This document shows positions 63,729 to 64,000 of a DNA stretch of 64,000 nucleotides, one piece after another. The translations under genes were made by a program, and so were the position numbers. The stretch lies in contig JAUQWQ010000076.1 in the NCBI GenBank assembly GCA_030835085.1, forward strand, positions 8,389 to 72,388, read 5' to 3'. The notes beneath the pieces are model-generated. The model searched no databases and was not told the origin of the DNA. It saw only the letters and a program-made list of their open reading frames with translations. The DNA is from Ignavibacteria bacterium (GTDB taxonomy: Bacteria; Bacteroidota; Ignavibacteria; Tepidaquicellales; OLB5). Positions within the stretch are counted from its first letter, which is position 1. Each line of letters begins with the position of its first letter.

Positions 63729-64000
63729 ATGAACAGAGTTAAAGATAAAGTTGCAATTGTTACAGGCGGAAGCCTTGGCATCGGAAGATCAGCAAGCATT
63801 TTGCTTGCAAAAGAAGGAGCGAAAGTAGCAGTAACCGATATTCTTGATACCGAAGGTAACGCTTTGGCTGAAGAGATCAAAGCCATGGGGTTTGTTGCGG
63901 AGTTCTGGCATTTAGATACATCTAATGAAGCTAATGTAAGAGAGGTATTATTTAACATAGGAGAAAAGTTCGGAGGAATAGACATCCTTGTAAATAATGC
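63729..64000 (+). CDS. SDR-family oxidoreductase (partial; continues beyond window)
   Basis: Hand translation: MNRVKDKVAIVTGGSLGIGRSASILLAKEGAKVAVTD...GGIDILVNNA (TGxxxGxG and NNAG motifs). Not in the ORF track because it has no stop. The listed antisense ORF 63689..63985 is spurious. Confidence 0.85.
   Translation, partial: MNRVKDKVAIVTGGSLGIGRSASILLAKEGAKVAVTDILDTEGNALAEEIKAMGFVAEFWHLDTSNEANVREVLFNIGEKFGGIDILVNN

Noticed and set aside
63689-63985. 98-aa minus-strand ORF listed in the track
   Set aside because: It is antisense to a plus-strand frame with textbook SDR motifs (TGGSLGIG, NNA) that starts at 63729 and runs off the window. The minus ORF has no recognisable features.
1-64000. 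Mobile elements, prophage, integron or defence islands (integrases, transposases, RM/CRISPR/abortive-infection genes)
   Set aside because: No integrase, transposase, terminal inverted repeats or cas-like ORFs were recognised on either strand. The tRNA locus has only a truncated GIY-YIG ORF and no attachment-site-like tRNA 3' duplication within the window.

Overview
AT-rich 64-kb chromosomal segment, probably from an FCB-group bacterium (Ignavibacteria/Bacteroidota-like). Lineage evidence: seven proteins end in the T9SS C-terminal sorting signal (QNYPNPFNP...KK(M/L)xL(L/I/V)K), several genes are preceded by Bacteroidetes-type TAnnTTTG -7 boxes, and a BshA-like bacillithiol glycosyltransferase is present. 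No CRISPR array, integrase, transposase or prophage genes were seen. Housekeeping genes: tag, cdaA, pcm, miaA, rsfS, bshA and two tRNA-Ser. Blocks worth a second look: (1) 7.2-15.1 kb, a signalling cluster with two paralogous soluble TPR histidine kinases and a divergent HK/REC/REC-PAS-HK operon. (2) 20.5-26.8 kb, an FkbH-like loader plus acyl carrier protein facing a lipoprotein/MBOAT/SGNH-like/methyltransferase operon, which reads like a Dlt-type carrier-protein-dependent envelope acylation route with a non-DltA loader. (3) 39.6-47.2 kb, a tandemly duplicated two-gene module (diverged helical protein, then a divergently transcribed and highly conserved Cys-rich Asp-box T9SS cargo); one copy carries an extra ribbon-helix-helix gene and a GTGCAC palindrome. 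(4) 50.1-53.8 kb, a KaiA-less kaiC-kaiB pair with a long C-terminal KaiC extension, apparently co-transcribed with a multihaem cytochrome c. Smaller items: an in-frame TGA splitting a membrane-protein gene, a 59-aa GIY-YIG remnant abutting the tRNAs, RsfS fused to a histone-H1-like tail, an 8x tandem-repeat T9SS protein, and three structured intergenic regions. All family calls come from motif recognition by eye; no database search was run.
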